Of a stretch of 38,992 bases of DNA, positions 12,301 through 24,035 are shown piece by piece. Both the position numbers and the translations under genes were made by a program. How positions within the stretch are numbered: the first letter of the stretch is position 1; each line of letters starts with the position of its first letter. Below the pieces are notes generated by a model. The model was not told the origin of the DNA. It worked only from the letters and a program-made list of their open reading frames with translations, and did no database searches. This stretch comes from Asterionella formosa (taxonomy: Eukaryota). The stretch spans positions 1-38,992 of the forward strand of contig NKIB01014993.1 of the NCBI GenBank assembly GCA_002256025.1, written 5' to 3'.

Positions 12301-12355
12301 GCACGTTGTTCCATTGAGCTCGCAAAACAAGAAGCGAAAGCGTCAACAGCACTAG
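9325..12355 (+). CDS. DDX24: DEAD-box RNA helicase, DDX24/Mak5 family; exons 9325-10278, 10364-11245, 11471-11641, 11861-12355
   Basis: Q motif (GFERPTPIQ), [31 protein letters not shown] and HRAGRTAR. Mak5-type features: N-terminal WKPV...FFGLEVIDG, an acidic insert after DEAD, '[11 protein letters not shown]' and C-terminal 'QLRILLAQP'. Three GT-AG introns restore the frame. Confidence 0.9.
11287..11389 (+). ncRNA. Intronic box C/D snoRNA, predicted guide for the LSU A-loop uridine (yeast Um2921 equivalent)
   Basis: Box C ATGAGGA 11291-11297, box D CTGA 11383-11386, terminal stem AGC/GCT. GTGAACAATC (11372-11381) is complementary to conserved LSU GAUUGUUCAC, and the D+5 rule hits the second U. 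Confidence 0.7.
11687..11786 (+). ncRNA. Intronic double-guide box C/D snoRNA (snR78/U52-type plus U53-type LSU guides)
   Basis: C ATGATGA 11692-11698, D' CTGA 11725-11728, C' ATGAAGA 11751-11757, D CTGA 11779-11782, stem AGAC/GTCT. Guides: TCGGACTAGAGT versus LSU ACUCUAGUCCGA, and TTCTCTTGGCTGT versus LSU ACAGCCAAGGGAA (one G-U). Confidence 0.85.
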
Positions 12356-12396
12356 AGGTGAGTGTACCGTTTGATCGCGAACATTTGAAAACTCAT

Positions 12397-12495
12397 GGTG
12401 ACAATGAAGAATTGCCATTTTTCGGACTAGAGTCTCCAAATATTCGGGGTAGTAGCCGAATCTGTGGAAGCATGCATCCTTATGTCAGAGTCATC
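12397..12495 (+). ncRNA. Divergent paralogue of the 11687 snoRNA, in a predicted 3'UTR intron (12358-12557)
   Basis: Same guide (TCGGACTAGAGTC, 12422-12434) and identical hairpin TCGGGGTAGTAGCCGA (12444-12459). Variant boxes C ATGAAGA and D CAGA; stem GGTGAC/GTCATC. Donor AG|GTGAGT lies 2 nt after the stop; pyrimidine tract and CAG end at 12557. Confidence 0.65.
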
Positions 12496-13059
12496 ACCTC
12501 ATGAACCTACTTCGCTTGATACTTCGCCTCCCCTTGTTTCTCACACCTTCTCTCCAGTTTTATGTTATGGTCACTTTCTTGAGTGAGCTGAAGATCTTGG
12601 CCTGCTAAAACATGCTTTTTCTAAATTCTTAATCTTGTAACTATTAAAGAATTTTGTTTAATTGCATGGAATTCTTGCACTCGTTCGACAAATGAATCGA
12701 TACATGTACCGGTAGTTCATGTGTGAACTTTCTGGCTGTTGTCTTTAGGCTCTTAAATAGTCCCTTGATTCAAAGCCCCTGTTGTCGGACCAGGGTACCT
12801 GGTACCAGGTAATACGGCAATCGGAGTTACATACAACTCTGATGTATACCGGCAGTCACTATCCCCAAACCTCAACACGAGATAAGTAGAACTCATCCAG
12901 TGACTTCGCAATTGCTGTTGGACAATCTACTGTACTTTCGATTCCGGGAACGTGCAGGTAAGTATGTATCTTTGTCGTAGACATCGTCGCAGGAGCGTTC
13001 TGTCGACATAGCCAATAAGATAAGGCTGAGTAGTACATAGTAGTCGAACGTTTGCCTTT

Positions 13060-13974
13060 TCAAGTATTCCTCGTTTTGTTTCTAGGTGGAGGCCCGAACC
13101 CATCAAGTATATTGAGATCCAACTGATCCATAACAGTTTCGTGAGCCCACAGGGTCTCTCCCCATTTAGTCAGTCTCTTCAAAAACTTGAATCCATTCTT
13201 TTCAAGAACATCTCTCAAGGGACCTTTGGGTCGTTCAACTGTCAAAATACTGATTCGATATTCGCTGAGAGGAAAGTTCAACATGATAAGCTCTTCTGCG
13301 CCTTCGACATCCAAACTGAGGTAGTCAATTATTTTAGGGGAATTGAATCGTTCCAAAATCTCTTTAAGGGTAACAGTGTATCTCCTCAGTGATTTTGACT
13401 TAAACTTGGGTCCATTATCGAATCCTTCACCAGCAATACCCGAGTGATCCCCGGCATCAAAGCGGAAATGTACCTCATCCATTCTTTCGTTTCCAACAAT
13501 TGCTGCAACAACCTGACAGTCTCGATAGGTAAGATTGGCCCAATATTGAGGATTTGGCTCGATGCAAAGACCTGTCCAGCCCAAGCGCTGTTCCAAAGAG
13601 TATGTATTAGATAGCTCAGTAGCATCGTTGGCAGCCAAGTCCACAAAAAATCCGTTTCTCTTGTAACCAAGAAGCTTAGCAACTACTTCGTCTTGAGATG
13701 CTTGTGAGAACCATTCTTTATCTTTCGGCAACATTTCTTTAATGTGCGCTTGATTACCGTAAAATACTTCAATGGAATGCCAGCCAATGCTATTTGAACG
13801 GCTCTCTGTTGAACACGAGGTTGTCGCGCCTGCTTGACCGCGGTTGAAGTCATTGAAAACTGCCAGATTTGCGTGCCATCGACCTAACATGAGGCCGACA
13901 AGAAAAACAAAGGAAGTCCCTAAAGGACCCACAAGGAATGATTTTCGCTGGTTGGGAATGATCGGTCGTACCAT
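13060..13974 (-). CDS. FkbM-family (Methyltransf_21) SAM-dependent methyltransferase, type II membrane protein
   Basis: N-terminal transmembrane segment; motifs FSQASQD, GFFVDLAAND..SNTY, GWTGLCIEPN, IDYLSLDVEGAE and ILTVE. Confidence 0.85.
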   Translation of the reverse strand: MVRPIIPNQRKSFLVGPLGTSFVFLVGLMLGRWHANLAVFNDFNRGQAGATTSCSTESRSNSIGWHSIEVFYGNQAHIKEMLPKDKEWFSQASQDEVVAKLLGYKRNGFFVDLAANDATELSNTYSLEQRLGWTGLCIEPNPQYWANLTYRDCQVVAAIVGNERMDEVHFRFDAGDHSGIAGEGFDNGPKFKSKSLRRYTVTLKEILERFNSPKIIDYLSLDVEGAEELIMLNFPLSEYRISILTVERPKGPLRDVLEKNGFKFLKRLTKWGETLWAHETVMDQLDLNILDGFGPPPRNKTRNT

Positions 13975-14391
13975 GTTGCCTCGTCTTGTTTTCTCAAAAC
14001 ACTAACAATACCGGTGTATGAATTACCGCTATACCGGTAGGTGAACAGAGGGGTGCCTTAAGACATTTATTTAGCCATGCGAGAATAACAAAGAAGCAGG
14101 AAGAATAAAAGATTACAATCTCATATGTACTACTTTAGTGTAACAATGATTCTTGTAAGTATATTAATTATATTCTTGGATTACCGGTATGCATTTGACA
14201 GATGCAAATATACATCTCCCAAATTCTTGACAGCGTCTTTGTTCATACATTCATCCCATCTCATCACATTAGAATCGCTCTATTCTTGTCCCATTGTTGT
14301 GTCGATCCTGAAGGAATCCATAACCAGTCTTCAATTTTTGTTATAGTCTAGGCGATTCTATAAGACTAGGTTCTCCTAGCTTCTTTCGAAA

Positions 14392-15696
14392 ATGGCCACG
14401 AAAACTTCCATGGAACAGGCCCCTGAAGAAGGAAATGAAGCGACACCCGATAGTGCTCCAGAAGCGAAGGAGGAGGGTGAGAAGGAAGTCGACGAACCAG
14501 AAGAAGAAATAAAACTGTACAAATCTTCGAGATTGAAGGGATACCTGACGCTGACCCTGGCGTCTTCAATTAATTTGAACTCGGCGCTACAGTCCAAAGA
14601 GGCTATTCAACCGACAGCAGTCGCCGCATCAGAGAAACAAAGGCGCTATTCGATGGCTGTAAGCATTGTGACTCTCATTTTGTGTGTTATAATCATATTT
14701 GCACACTTGGATCGTTACACTCCATTGAAAAAATACTGGTACCAAGCATTCGGGCCCAAGGACAAGATTGAACTCTATTTAGTTGTTTTTGTGTGTGTTT
14801 GGTGGCTGGTGGCAACTTCCATTCAAACTGGTATTCGGGGCATCGCAGGCGATGGCAAGGGACAATACAATTTGTATTTTAGTACCTGGGCTTGCTTTTG
14901 GGCCTCTGTATGGACCTTCGAACGATGGTTGGTAAGTCGTGGACGGTCATCTTTCCAGGGATTCATGGCATCTTGGCCACATAGGGCACCAGGCTGGATA
15001 GCCATTTTCTTCTTTTCATTCGGTGATCTTATGTGCATCTTGGATCTGTTTCTAAACTGGGACGCAGCGTATCCTTCCGATGATGATCCGCAACGAACCC
15101 AATTCGACGCGATTAGTAGACGTCAGTGGGAATGGTTGCTATTTACCACAGCATTTACAAGTAAGTGGTACCAGTGATATGTTTCGACTTGCATTTGCAA
15201 TGACTTACGAAACGGCGCAATTTTCATGCTAGTACCCTTTGCGGTTGGGTTCGTTCTTGTTGAGCTATTTCGAGAGACAGCTATAGGGAAAACTTCACCG
15301 AAGAGTGGATGGGAAACCATTCTGGAAGGCGTTGTGCTCTGTTTACTTGTTTTGACTTGGATTCCCAGTGTCATTGTAGCGACGACGCCAGGAGGAGTGG
15401 CATCGCTTGTTGGAAATGCCTATTTTTTCACCTGGCTCGGTACCACTTTTGTGATCGAAACCGCTGTCTGGTGGATACATGATTGGAGAAAGAGTATCCA
15501 ATCAATGCTCGAACAACAAGAGGAGGACTACCGAAAGATTCAGAAGGAAGTTCTCGAAGCGAGTCTTGCAGTAGAGCGTGACGAACAAATTCCAGAAGAA
15601 GATCAAATTATTGACGAAGGAAATCCAGAAGTGGAATCTGGTGACTATTCTGACTACGATGAAAATAGTGTAATCCCCGATGTTTTGGGCGCATAG
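14392..15696 (+). CDS. Multi-pass membrane protein of unknown function with an internal duplication; intron 15161-15232
   Basis: About 8 hydrophobic segments in two similar halves, ending NLYFSTW and NAYFFTW. A GTAAGT..TAG phase-1 intron joins the two ORFs. Confidence 0.8.
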
Positions 15697-16315
15697 CGAC
15701 TAGTGATTGGAATTGCTTCTTCTGTGCCAGCTTTTTTAAACGAATTACAGTGACTTGCGCGGGCGTGCGAGGAGAACGTTGCTTCAAAGATTTGGGCAAT
15801 GAAACAGGGCACACATTTACTTAGGTCACGAAAAGGCTAATGCAGTTGCTGCAGCCGATAACAAGAAAACAGCTCCTAGAACAAAACGCGAGCTCCGCCA
15901 GCAAATACCGAAACGCATAGAGGGGTGAGAGACAAAAGTAACCAGTAGGGAAATGAATCCAATAAAATGTGAGAAGAAAGAGACCGAAATCGAAAATTGA
16001 CAGCCGTGAACCTTGTTCACCATTAGCCCATGCACTCCAACGGGGTCAAGCCAAACAATTGGAAGGCGGTTTTAACAGCCATTTTCCCTACTAATAAAGT
16101 AGACTAATGCAGTAATTCTTGAAGAAATACTCGCGTGATCCTCTTCGTTCGATAAATTCTAAATTAAGTGCACGAAAACAGGTTCGACAGATTGAGTTTG
16201 TCGACCCAGCAAATGCAAATCGTTCTAGATGCTAGCTTCCCATCCAATTCAAGACTATCACTAGCAACAGCGATACATATCCCTCCACCAAGCCACTCAA
16301 AAAAGTTCATCCTGC

Positions 16316-17487
16316 TCATAGGGATGGGAAAGCATTCTCGTCCATGGCATTAAGGCCTGCACCAGAAACTCCACGACCTCGTCCAGTAGTTGCACCGCGG
16401 CCACGGCCTCCTCGCCCACCAGTGGGTCGACCTATATGAAAAAAAGAGAAAGAAAGAGGGTAAGAAAGTGTCGAGAAAATCGTGCAGAAAGGGTCTTACA
16501 CAGTTTCCACGCTGACCTCTTGCGCCATCTCCGCGTCCAAAATCCCTTCCTCGTCCACCACCACGACCACGGCCCCCACCACGACCACTATCATCATCCC
16601 TTCTCCTTTCTCCGCCCTGGTCCGACGGGGCTACTCTAATATTGACATCAAGAGTCTTCTTTTCCTTGAGCTTTTCTCGTTTTCGCTGCTGCTTCGCACC
16701 TCCCATGACCAAAAAGTCTTCCTCAGAGAATGTCTTTGCCTGCAGTCCTGCGAACTCGTTGTCAACGGCTCGCTCATCCTTGGGCTTGAAGAGCTCATTC
16801 GTTGGAGCCTCCTTACTCTTCAAATATTCCTCAAAGGAAATGGTATTGTCCTCGGGTTCAGGCTCAGGCTCAGGTTCTACAGCAACTTCGACAACAGCTG
16901 CCACAGCTTCACCGTCTTTGACAACAGGCAATTCCTCGCCTTCAACTACAGGGCCCTCAGCAGTACGGGCTTCATTCCTGTCAGATCCCCAGTTTCTGGC
17001 ACCACCACCACCCTTTTTTATTTCCTTGCCACGTCCTGTTCCACTTCGACGATCATATTCGCGTTTTCCGTCGCGAGGGGGAGCACGACCACCGCGTCCG
17101 TGCTTGGTGTTACGATCATCGTTGCGACGAGGCTTCTGAGGGGGCTGTGATGGTTCTGCAACAGGGGCCTTGGCAGCAGGTTTCACTGGTACTTTATTGG
17201 CCACCGGAGCGGGCTGAACTTTGGGAGCCACTCCTTCATCGTCCGAATCGTCTAGGGCTGAGAAAAAGTTGTTCGACTAAGAGGAAAAGGAGGGAGAAAA
17301 TATGTAAATATCAATGTCTAATTAACATTGCAAGGTTCTTCCCCTCAAAGCGACAAAATATAATGGGCCGTTCCGTTGTCTAAAACGTCAAGCCATCGTC
17401 GTCGCACAGTGCTTGCTTTCTGTCCTGAAGGTGTGGTCTGACAAAAAAAACCAAAAAAGCCATTACGTAAAATACAAGACGCACCAT
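16316..17487 (-). CDS. Stm1/SERBP1 (HABP4_PAI-RBP1) RGG RNA/ribosome-binding protein; ATG-only first coding exon 17487-17485, introns 17484-17277 and probably 16516-16432
   Basis: N-terminus SNNFFSALDD; motifs KREYDRRSGTGR, KKGGGGARNWG and TISFEEY; RGG boxes; C-terminal DENAFPSL*. Confidence 0.85.
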
Positions 17488-18143
17488 GATGAGCTATTGA
17501 CTCGACAGAAATTCAAGATGTTTTCTGAAGGAAAACCGATCAATCAAACCAACGCAAGAGGAATCTTTGCTTTTCGTCGGCAATTGATGTCTGATCACCG
17601 TCGCAAGGGTTGATGCTACCAGGTGAGTAGTGATAAATGCCAAGCACTTTGTCGGTCAATCAAGCAGGTAAGAGGTAAGATTTATCCAGGCATCATTATG
17701 CCGGTATTCGTCATCATTCATGTACTGCATTGTTCTACATACGTGGAGACGACTTCGGCATCGTGCGGCTCCTGATGATGGTTGATTGCTTTGAGGCGCA
17801 CAACAATTTGCGCGAGCGTTTCTCCGGGTCTGTACGATCCTGTGGGTGCATTACAACAACCGGTATGTGCGTATGATTCGTATTCGAACGTCTGGGTTTA
17901 TGAAAAGCCTACTGTATGTAACAGGACACAGGCGGTGGTTGAGCATACTTTACGATGTATCATACCAGGTACCTTATTCCGGTGAGGGGCATCGAATGGA
18001 GCAAAAATCCTCGGCACCAACGAATTCATAATCAGAAAACATTTGCAACTTTTTTTGGAGTAAAACCAATGTCACTTTTTTCTTTCTTCGTTCGTTGTAA
18101 CTTTCACCTTTAATCGTCTATGTGATTCCTTTCCCAGATCGAG

Positions 18144-19209
18144 ATGATTAGACTAAGAAATCAAAGTGCCCGTGGAATCGTAAAATCGTTTTCAGTAACA
18201 CCCTCGAGATGCGCCCAAACCACAACGCAATCAATTAGACGGCGAATCCGTCCTCCTATTTCAGTTTTCACCCCATCATGTTGGACGATTTTGTTAAAAA
18301 ATCAACCAAGCTGTTCATTTGCACGTTGCTTCGCGACTTCGAATGGTTCTAGTCAAGAAAAGGAGACAGAAACAACTGAAGTAACTTCGGGGGAAGCGAT
18401 ACAAACGAAAACTACCTCAGAACTGTGTACTCACTTGTTCAAACAACTGAAATCACCACCTAATGTTATCACAACGTTCAGAATTATGTCTGCACCATAT
18501 TTATCATATCTTATCGTCACTGAAAACTATGAGCTGGCATTCTATGGTTGCTGTGCCGCGGGATTGTCAGACATTCTTGATGGATATCTTGCTCGACACT
18601 ATAACATGTCTACAGTCCTTGGTACATACCTTGATCCCTTAGCGGATAAGATCATTATCAACGTCTTGGCTGCTTCGCTGTGGTATAACAATATTTTGCC
18701 TACACCTCTTGTGTCGCTCTGGTTACTTCGAGATGTTGCCTTCATGGTGGGGACTTACATTTATGTTCGATCCAATACAGGTAAAGGCCAGTGGGTCGCC
18801 GATCCGGTCACTACACCGCTCAAAGTGGAACCCACTATGATAAGCAAGGTCAATACCGGTCTGCAGTTTTTGACTTTGTCAATCGGGCTCCTGCAACCCA
18901 TTTATGCACTGGTCCCTCCTGAAGCATTGGTTTTGCTGTGGTATGTACATGCGTTTCCTGTGTTGTACGAGTTTTAATTGTTCGATGAATCCTTACATTG
19001 TCTTATCCTCACTGATCGGTTACAGTTGGCTGACGGGAGGAACAACAATAGCATCCATCTTTAGCTATGCAGGCATGTCGGCATTTACTAACAGTGGAAA
19101 CAGTGTGATCAGTAATAGCAGCTTTGTACTTCAAATAAGGGAAAAAACCAATGCAATGCTTCAACATGCAAAAAAGGTAAAATCAATGAAAGGAGGTTCG
19201 TCGAAATAG
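18144..19209 (+). CDS. CRLS1: Cardiolipin synthase (CDP-alcohol phosphatidyltransferase) with mitochondrial presequence; intron 18941-19025
   Basis: PNVITTFRI, DILDGYLAR, GTYLDPLADK and PTMISKVNT; Arg/Ser-rich N-terminus. Confidence 0.85.
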
Positions 19210-19871
19210 AAGGGCGAAAATTTTTGTTAAGCTAGCATCAGCTACTCTCGCTTGCTCCTCTTTGGCTCTCTAGATTCTGAAGCAGTTAGCTTGAGGCATA
19301 GGGGGAGAGCTCAGATTTTAGCTAAATGCGCCAGAACTTATTAACATACATGAAAGTGATAATGGCTGATCCAATTCACTTCAGTTCAATCTGCGCGACA
19401 GTTGAAAAACCATTTGTTGCTAATAGTGCTGAGTACTGGTACTATACTCCCGGAGTGGCCATGAAACTTAGTGCAGCAGTTCATTTATTGCTTGTATGTC
19501 CCTCCAACAAACATCCAGCAAGTGATGGTTGCAAAGTTTCTCTGCTACTCCCTGGCACCATTCCCGATCCTACAATTTTACATGTTGTTTCCTGAACTTA
19601 TTGGATTCCTTCCGGCTAGACTGAGTCCAGTCTAATTGACTGGATTCAATCTAGATTTTCAATCCATTGCTGTTTGTTCAATTCATCAAGTATTTCATTT
19701 CTGAAAAGATAATCTGTATCTGCAGAAATGTAGCTTTCTGAAAGTATGGATGGTAATGAGTTTCTAGTTTTAAAGATGCATTCAGTTACTTGAGAAGGCT
19801 GTTTGCCAAAATTATGTCAAAAAGTAGCTGTGCAGGATGGCGATAAAATGAAAATTGGCAACGAGTCAAGG

Positions 19872-20195
19872 TGTTGAAACCACTGTGTCTACAGCAGCAC
19901 CTCTGTGCAGATCAAGCAACAGATCCAATGTGCAATAGAGACAGGGCATTCAAATTGTTTGTAAGTTGGAGAATTAAAATAGAATGAGCCAATTTCCATG
20001 CTCATTAATCTACACTGGTAGTCGTGAAATTTCTGACATCTGTCTTGTTTTCGTTCTTGGGTACACTATCCTTTTTCTTCCTTCTTGCTTCAACTGTGAC
20101 CTACTCGTCATTGTGACCTAATAATTTTGTCTTACCACATGCTGTTTTTGTCTCACCATCTGACAACTTTGTCTTGCCATCTGTTAGTTTCAACA
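19872..20195 (-). repeat. 3' LTR (324 bp)
   Basis: Direct repeat of 29300-29624; by manual count ~19 substitutions and 1 indel. Confidence 0.95.
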
Positions 20196-23100
20196 CACTC
20201 CTGCAATCCTATGGCATAGTTGTAATTAATGGAGGGATTGATATTCATAATGGAGTTGCGCATCTTCCTGAAGCTTGAGCCCTGCAGTGGTTTTGTGAAA
20301 TAGTCAGCAATCATTTTTTCTGTAGGGCAATATCTCATAGAAACTTCCCCAGAAGCCACTCTGTCAGTTACAAAGAAATATCATATATTAATGTGTCTGT
20401 TCGGCAACTGCTTGATGTTCAGCCATTATTCTCCAGAAGAATTGCGCTCTGATTGTCTTGGTACACCACTGTGTCCTTAATGTTGTACCCCTGTGTCTCC
20501 ATGAAATATTGTGTCCACAGGATTTGCGGCATTACATTGTTCACACCAACTAATTCTCCCTCTGTTGAGCTTTTTGTGTTTATTTTCTGTCAAACAGATG
20601 ATCCATAGATCATTCCTTGACCAAGTGTCATAGCCCCACCAGTGTGGCTCTTCATGTCGGGGTGCACTGCAAATGATGCATCTACCCACCATTTGATGAT
20701 CTGAACATTTTCGGCTTCCAGAGTGAGAGGCATGTGTAGTGAACAAACCTTGCAGTTATCTCATTGTTCGACACAGCTTCTTGTAATCATCCACATCTGG
20801 TTTCTTTACTCTTGTGCATAGAAATGCTACGGCAGTCTGTAGATCTGGTCTGGCCCTCTTGCATAGAAATAGTAATTTTGCAGTGTTGTGGTGATATAGG
20901 TCAGCAAGGTGGTCTGGCAGTGTTTCTGCAGCTTTGTTCACGTCAAACAGGTGTGAAGCTGCAGGTGTAGGGGCTGTCCCATTCATATCCTCAGGTAGTT
21001 CTTCCAGCATTTCCTTTATGTAATCCACCATATTGAATTTGACCTTTCCTGTATCACTGAAGTCAATGTTCATACCTAGATACTCATGAACCTTTCCTCA
21101 TGTCTTAGTTAATGGTGCCTCTTTACCAAATAACCTTTGAGCTTCTGTATGATGTCATTTACCACCTCTGGGATGATATGGGATATTTTCAAATCATCTA
21201 CATGCAATAATATTGTGCGTTGTTTTCCATCCACCATTTTGTTCATTACACATCTGTCATATGGATTTGTGTTGCAACACCATTGATGAAGTTGTGAACT
21301 GAGCATCTTCCAGAACATTAGGGCGGCTTCAATGTGCCATACAGTGCATTTTTAAGCTCCACATATAGGAATGTTCTCCCTTTCTCAATCTGGATGTGCT
21401 GCCTGTACATTTTTGGGTCAATTCGGACCAACAACTCTGCCATTTTTCCTTCTAGCTTCATATGTACTGTATCTTCCATGTCATCCTGCATAAAAGCCCA
21501 GGAATGTCGACTGTTGCTACATCACATCCTTTTTTTGCATCTATGACACAGGATAACATTACTGATTTGATGGCCACTGTTGGTGAACTAGCCTCCTCTT
21601 TTGTAGTAGTTGCTCGTTGTTTGCGTCTATTGGCGCACCCTCTTCCTTTAATTGTTCCGTTTCTTTTCTGTTTAAGAAACATGAGATACTGTAATGCTTC
21701 CTTGCGCTGTTCTGGGGACAATTGGGCAGCAGTTTTGGGTTCGAGCACTTCACAATCTTGAAGTTGATGCAATTATTTCATTATTGTGTTGACTCCAGCA
21801 TCTCCAAAGAGCTTAAGACCTTTTGTAATACTGTGCTGCGTCATGGCAATGCTCTCAAGAGTACAATGCAAATGCCCATAGTCTCGAGTTTTTCGAGCCC
21901 CACAGATTGTATTGACTGGTTTGCCTGCCGTATCTCTTGTCCATTTGAGTTTCAATGTTGTCCTCATCAGTTGTGTTGTCCTCATTTTCTGTTTGGACTT
22001 CTACATCGACCATATCAGCCAGATCAACTTCTTCATGATCTTCATTTTGGTTGGTTATGATGTTTTCATCTTCATTTTCGCTTTTGTCTGCATTCTCGGT
22101 TTGAGTGTCAGTTTGACTTTCATTTTCATTTTGGTTGATTACATCATTGCCATTGATTGCGATGTTTTCATCTGCATTCTCGGTTTGACTCTCAGTTTGA
22201 CTTTCATTTTCATTTTGGTTGATTATATCATTGCCGTCAACTACATTATTTTCGACATTATTTTCGTTCACTCCTGCAATCTCGTCAGACTCGGTATGAA
22301 TGGGATTGTTTCCAGCATGGGTTTCATCACCATTATTATAATCGTCATCATCAGTGCTATTGTCATCGTCATTGTCATCAGTGGGATGATATGATTCATC
22401 GTCATCATCTTCATCAGCCTCAACCCCGTCAGGGTTGGCAAAGGTGAGAGTGTGGTTGGATAAGCTACGTTGTGCAAGGACATGCACTCTGTCCACAACT
22501 TCCAAGGGCATAGGGAGGGCTGTCCAATGGTTTCGATTTAGGATCTTACCTGTACTGAGGCTAAAAAATAGGTGCCCACCTTGATGATTTGTAGAGCAAG
22601 AGCACTGGTTGTGCGAGGAGTCATGCTGTTATCATGGGTCTCACGTGTCTGCACATATGTGCCAAACTCAATGCAACAGTGTTGTGCATAATCAATGGTA
22701 GATCCCACAATTATGGTGCGTGGGCTCAGTGTATCAGATATTCCCCCAGCGGTAGGAAAGGTGTTGAGCCAAAACACAGAGTGATATGTCAACTCAATTA
22801 TGATACGTGTTGGGATGCGTTGAAATGGCAGCATTGTGTAGACACTTCGGACCCTCTCTTTTGGAGTTCAGATGTGACGTTCAATCTCTGGCACATCTTC
22901 ATCATTGGAAGCAGTATTGAGCGTGATTCCTAATGTAGCAATGTAGCAATGTCGCCTCGCAGTCCGTCATGAGTAGTGTTGTGATTTTGAATCCCCATTT
23001 TGAATACTGTTGGTATACATGTTTTATTGCAGCTAGTATGGTACCATGTTGTTGGTTTTGAAGCAACTCAGCTGTCCTGAACTTGATATTCCTTGATATT

Positions 23101-23420
23101 GTGACCAGAAATGGGAGTTTATTAACAAACATGATGTCACCAGCAATGGTCACTTGACGATACCAATTCAATATAGAGCTGGGCACATATGACTGTTGTG
23201 TGGATACTGGAATTGGTTTCTGTTGAACAGTCTTTCCTTTCAAGGATCCAATATCTGGTCCAAAGATGTGCTCTGCGGCCAGGATATCATCCTTGGTAAT
23301 AGGACAGTTGGGCAACAAATTCTTTTCAAGGATCTTGATATATGCTCGGGTGCTTGGTCGTCCAATTATTTTCTGTATCTTATGAGCTAATACAGCTTTA
23401 GAGTAGTCTTGCTGAGAATA
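20153..23420 (-). pseudogene. Copia pol (integrase, reverse transcriptase, RNase H) with many stops and frameshifts
   Basis: IGRPS, GDIMFVNKLPFLVTISR, FLKQKRNGTIKGRGC, SSPTVA, VDDLKISH, LLFLCKRARPDLQTAVAFLCTRV and ADYFTKPLQG. Includes an 84-bp-period Asn/Glu-rich duplication at ~22087-22235. Confidence 0.9.
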
Positions 23421-23783
23421 TACTGCAGTGGGACAGTAATTCATCATAGTTTTAGGATGGTATGATCATAAAATTGAAAAAGAATAGTCAGAGTAGTATG
23501 TGAGCAATAAAACACCATATGTTCACGACTGTTGCTACTGCAGTGAGACAGTAAATCATCATGGTTTTAGGATTGTACGATCGTAAAATTGAAAGAGAGT
23601 AGTAGGAGTAGTAAGCAATCAACAGAACACCACATGTTCATGACTGTTGCTACTGCAGTGGGACAGTAAATCATCATAGTTTTAGGATTATATGATCATA
23701 AAATTGAAAGAGAGTAGTCGGAGTAGTAAGCGAGCAACAGAACACCATATGTTCATGACTGCTGCTACTGCAGCGGGACAGTA
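23421..23783 (+). repeat. 115-bp tandem repeat, 3 full units plus a partial unit
   Basis: Units begin TACTGCAG at 23421, 23536, 23651 and 23766. Confidence 0.9.
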
Positions 23784-24035
23784 TATTGTCATATTTTTAC
23801 GCTTGTATAATCGTATAATTGAAAACATGATATGCTATTACTTAAACTCGGTTCTGATTTTGTATCATATGATAATGTAAATAGCACTGTTGGTTTTATG
23901 GTATCATATCTAGACAGCGTAAAATATTATATGTAGGTGGCTGATGATTCATTTCATTGTAGCTTGCAACACTTGATTTTAAGATCATCGAACTTTAAGG
24001 AAGAGAACGACAACAGTTATCTAGTAGTACAAGCA

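Noticed and set aside
16482..17150. Long plus-strand ORFs of 222 and 165 aa
   Set aside because: Antisense shadows of the low-complexity Stm1/SERBP1-like gene.
19320..19871. Possible minus-strand pseudogene disrupted by the Copia insertion
   Set aside because: The best frame has ~8 stops in ~185 codons, about the random expectation, and no recognisable motif.
20153..20210. pol reading frame running through the PPT into the 3' LTR
   Set aside because: Appears ordinary for this Copia group, and the copy is too decayed to interpret.
21912..22394. Hydrophobic 160-aa ORF resembling a membrane or env protein
   Set aside because: It is the antisense reading of the Asn/Asp/Glu-rich pol linker.
23421..23783. 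CRISPR-like array
   Set aside because: Whole 115-bp units repeat with no unique spacers; eukaryotic context and no cas genes.
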